In this document: positions 63,809 through 64,000 of the stretch, one piece after another
Numbering within the stretch: position 1 is the stretch's first letter
Layout of the letters: every line of letters begins with the position of its first letter
Assembly (NCBI RefSeq): GCF_006345805.1
Contig: NC_043007.1
Coordinates: forward strand, 14,322,001 to 14,386,000
Direction of reading: 5' to 3'
Length of the DNA stretch: 64,000 nt
DNA from: Octopus sinensis
Lineage: Eukaryota
Program-made: the position numbers and the translations under genes
The notes under the pieces: generated by a model
What the model was told of the DNA's origin: nothing
The model's database searches: none
Seen by the model: the letters and a program-made list of their open reading frames with translations, nothing else

Positions 63809-63882
63809 GTTTGTCTACAATTGCAATGGTAATAGGATATTGGTTTTTAAATTCAGATTATAAACCAACAAAAAACTCTTAA
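63809..63882 (+). CDS. ERG28: ERG28 terminal coding exon
   Basis: tttctctttcag| (G)LSTIAMVIGYWFLNSDYKPTKNS-TAA. Spliced CDS is 462 nt (153 aa) from 53153 or 513 nt (170 aa) from 53102, both divisible by 3. Confidence 0.9.
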
Positions 63883-64000
63883 GAGGAGCCACTGCTGCAC
63901 AATTCAACAATGGAATTATTATACTTAAGAACAAGAGACTTCTGTGAGAATTAGTGTGGTCACTGTACGTCTCAGATGCTTTTATTGCAGATAGCTGGTT

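Overview
AT-rich, repeat-dense eukaryotic DNA. The SINE and LINE families look like those of Octopus (coleoid cephalopod); the species is inferred, not shown. Two host genes are supported. (1) A complete 4-exon ERG28 (C14orf1) orthologue on + (53102/53153-53330, 59949-60039, 60763-60881, 63809-63882), with GT-AG junctions that keep the frame. (2) A THAP zinc-finger exon on - (37678-37432) ending at a phase-1 donor; its downstream exons can only be guessed. The rest is mostly mobile DNA: many 5'-truncated RTE LINE 3' ends ('family A'), five tRNA-headed SINE types (my labels B-F), a full-length dead DD34D mariner, CR1-like LINE remnants, Helitron/Helentron-type elements, hAT and other MITEs, palindromic elements and microsatellites. 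There is no prokaryotic-type system, no CRISPR array and no long unexplained ORF, so I cannot claim a new protein-coding system. The best leads are structural: a minimal hammerhead-ribozyme motif, a covarying pseudoknot shared by two SINE families, SINE multimers with the same junction at several loci, Helitron-like elements with CTCG ends and swapped cargo, a perfectly symmetrised palindrome, and an inverted duplication carrying a LINE-derived minisatellite. Coordinates were counted by eye; repeat boundaries are approximate.
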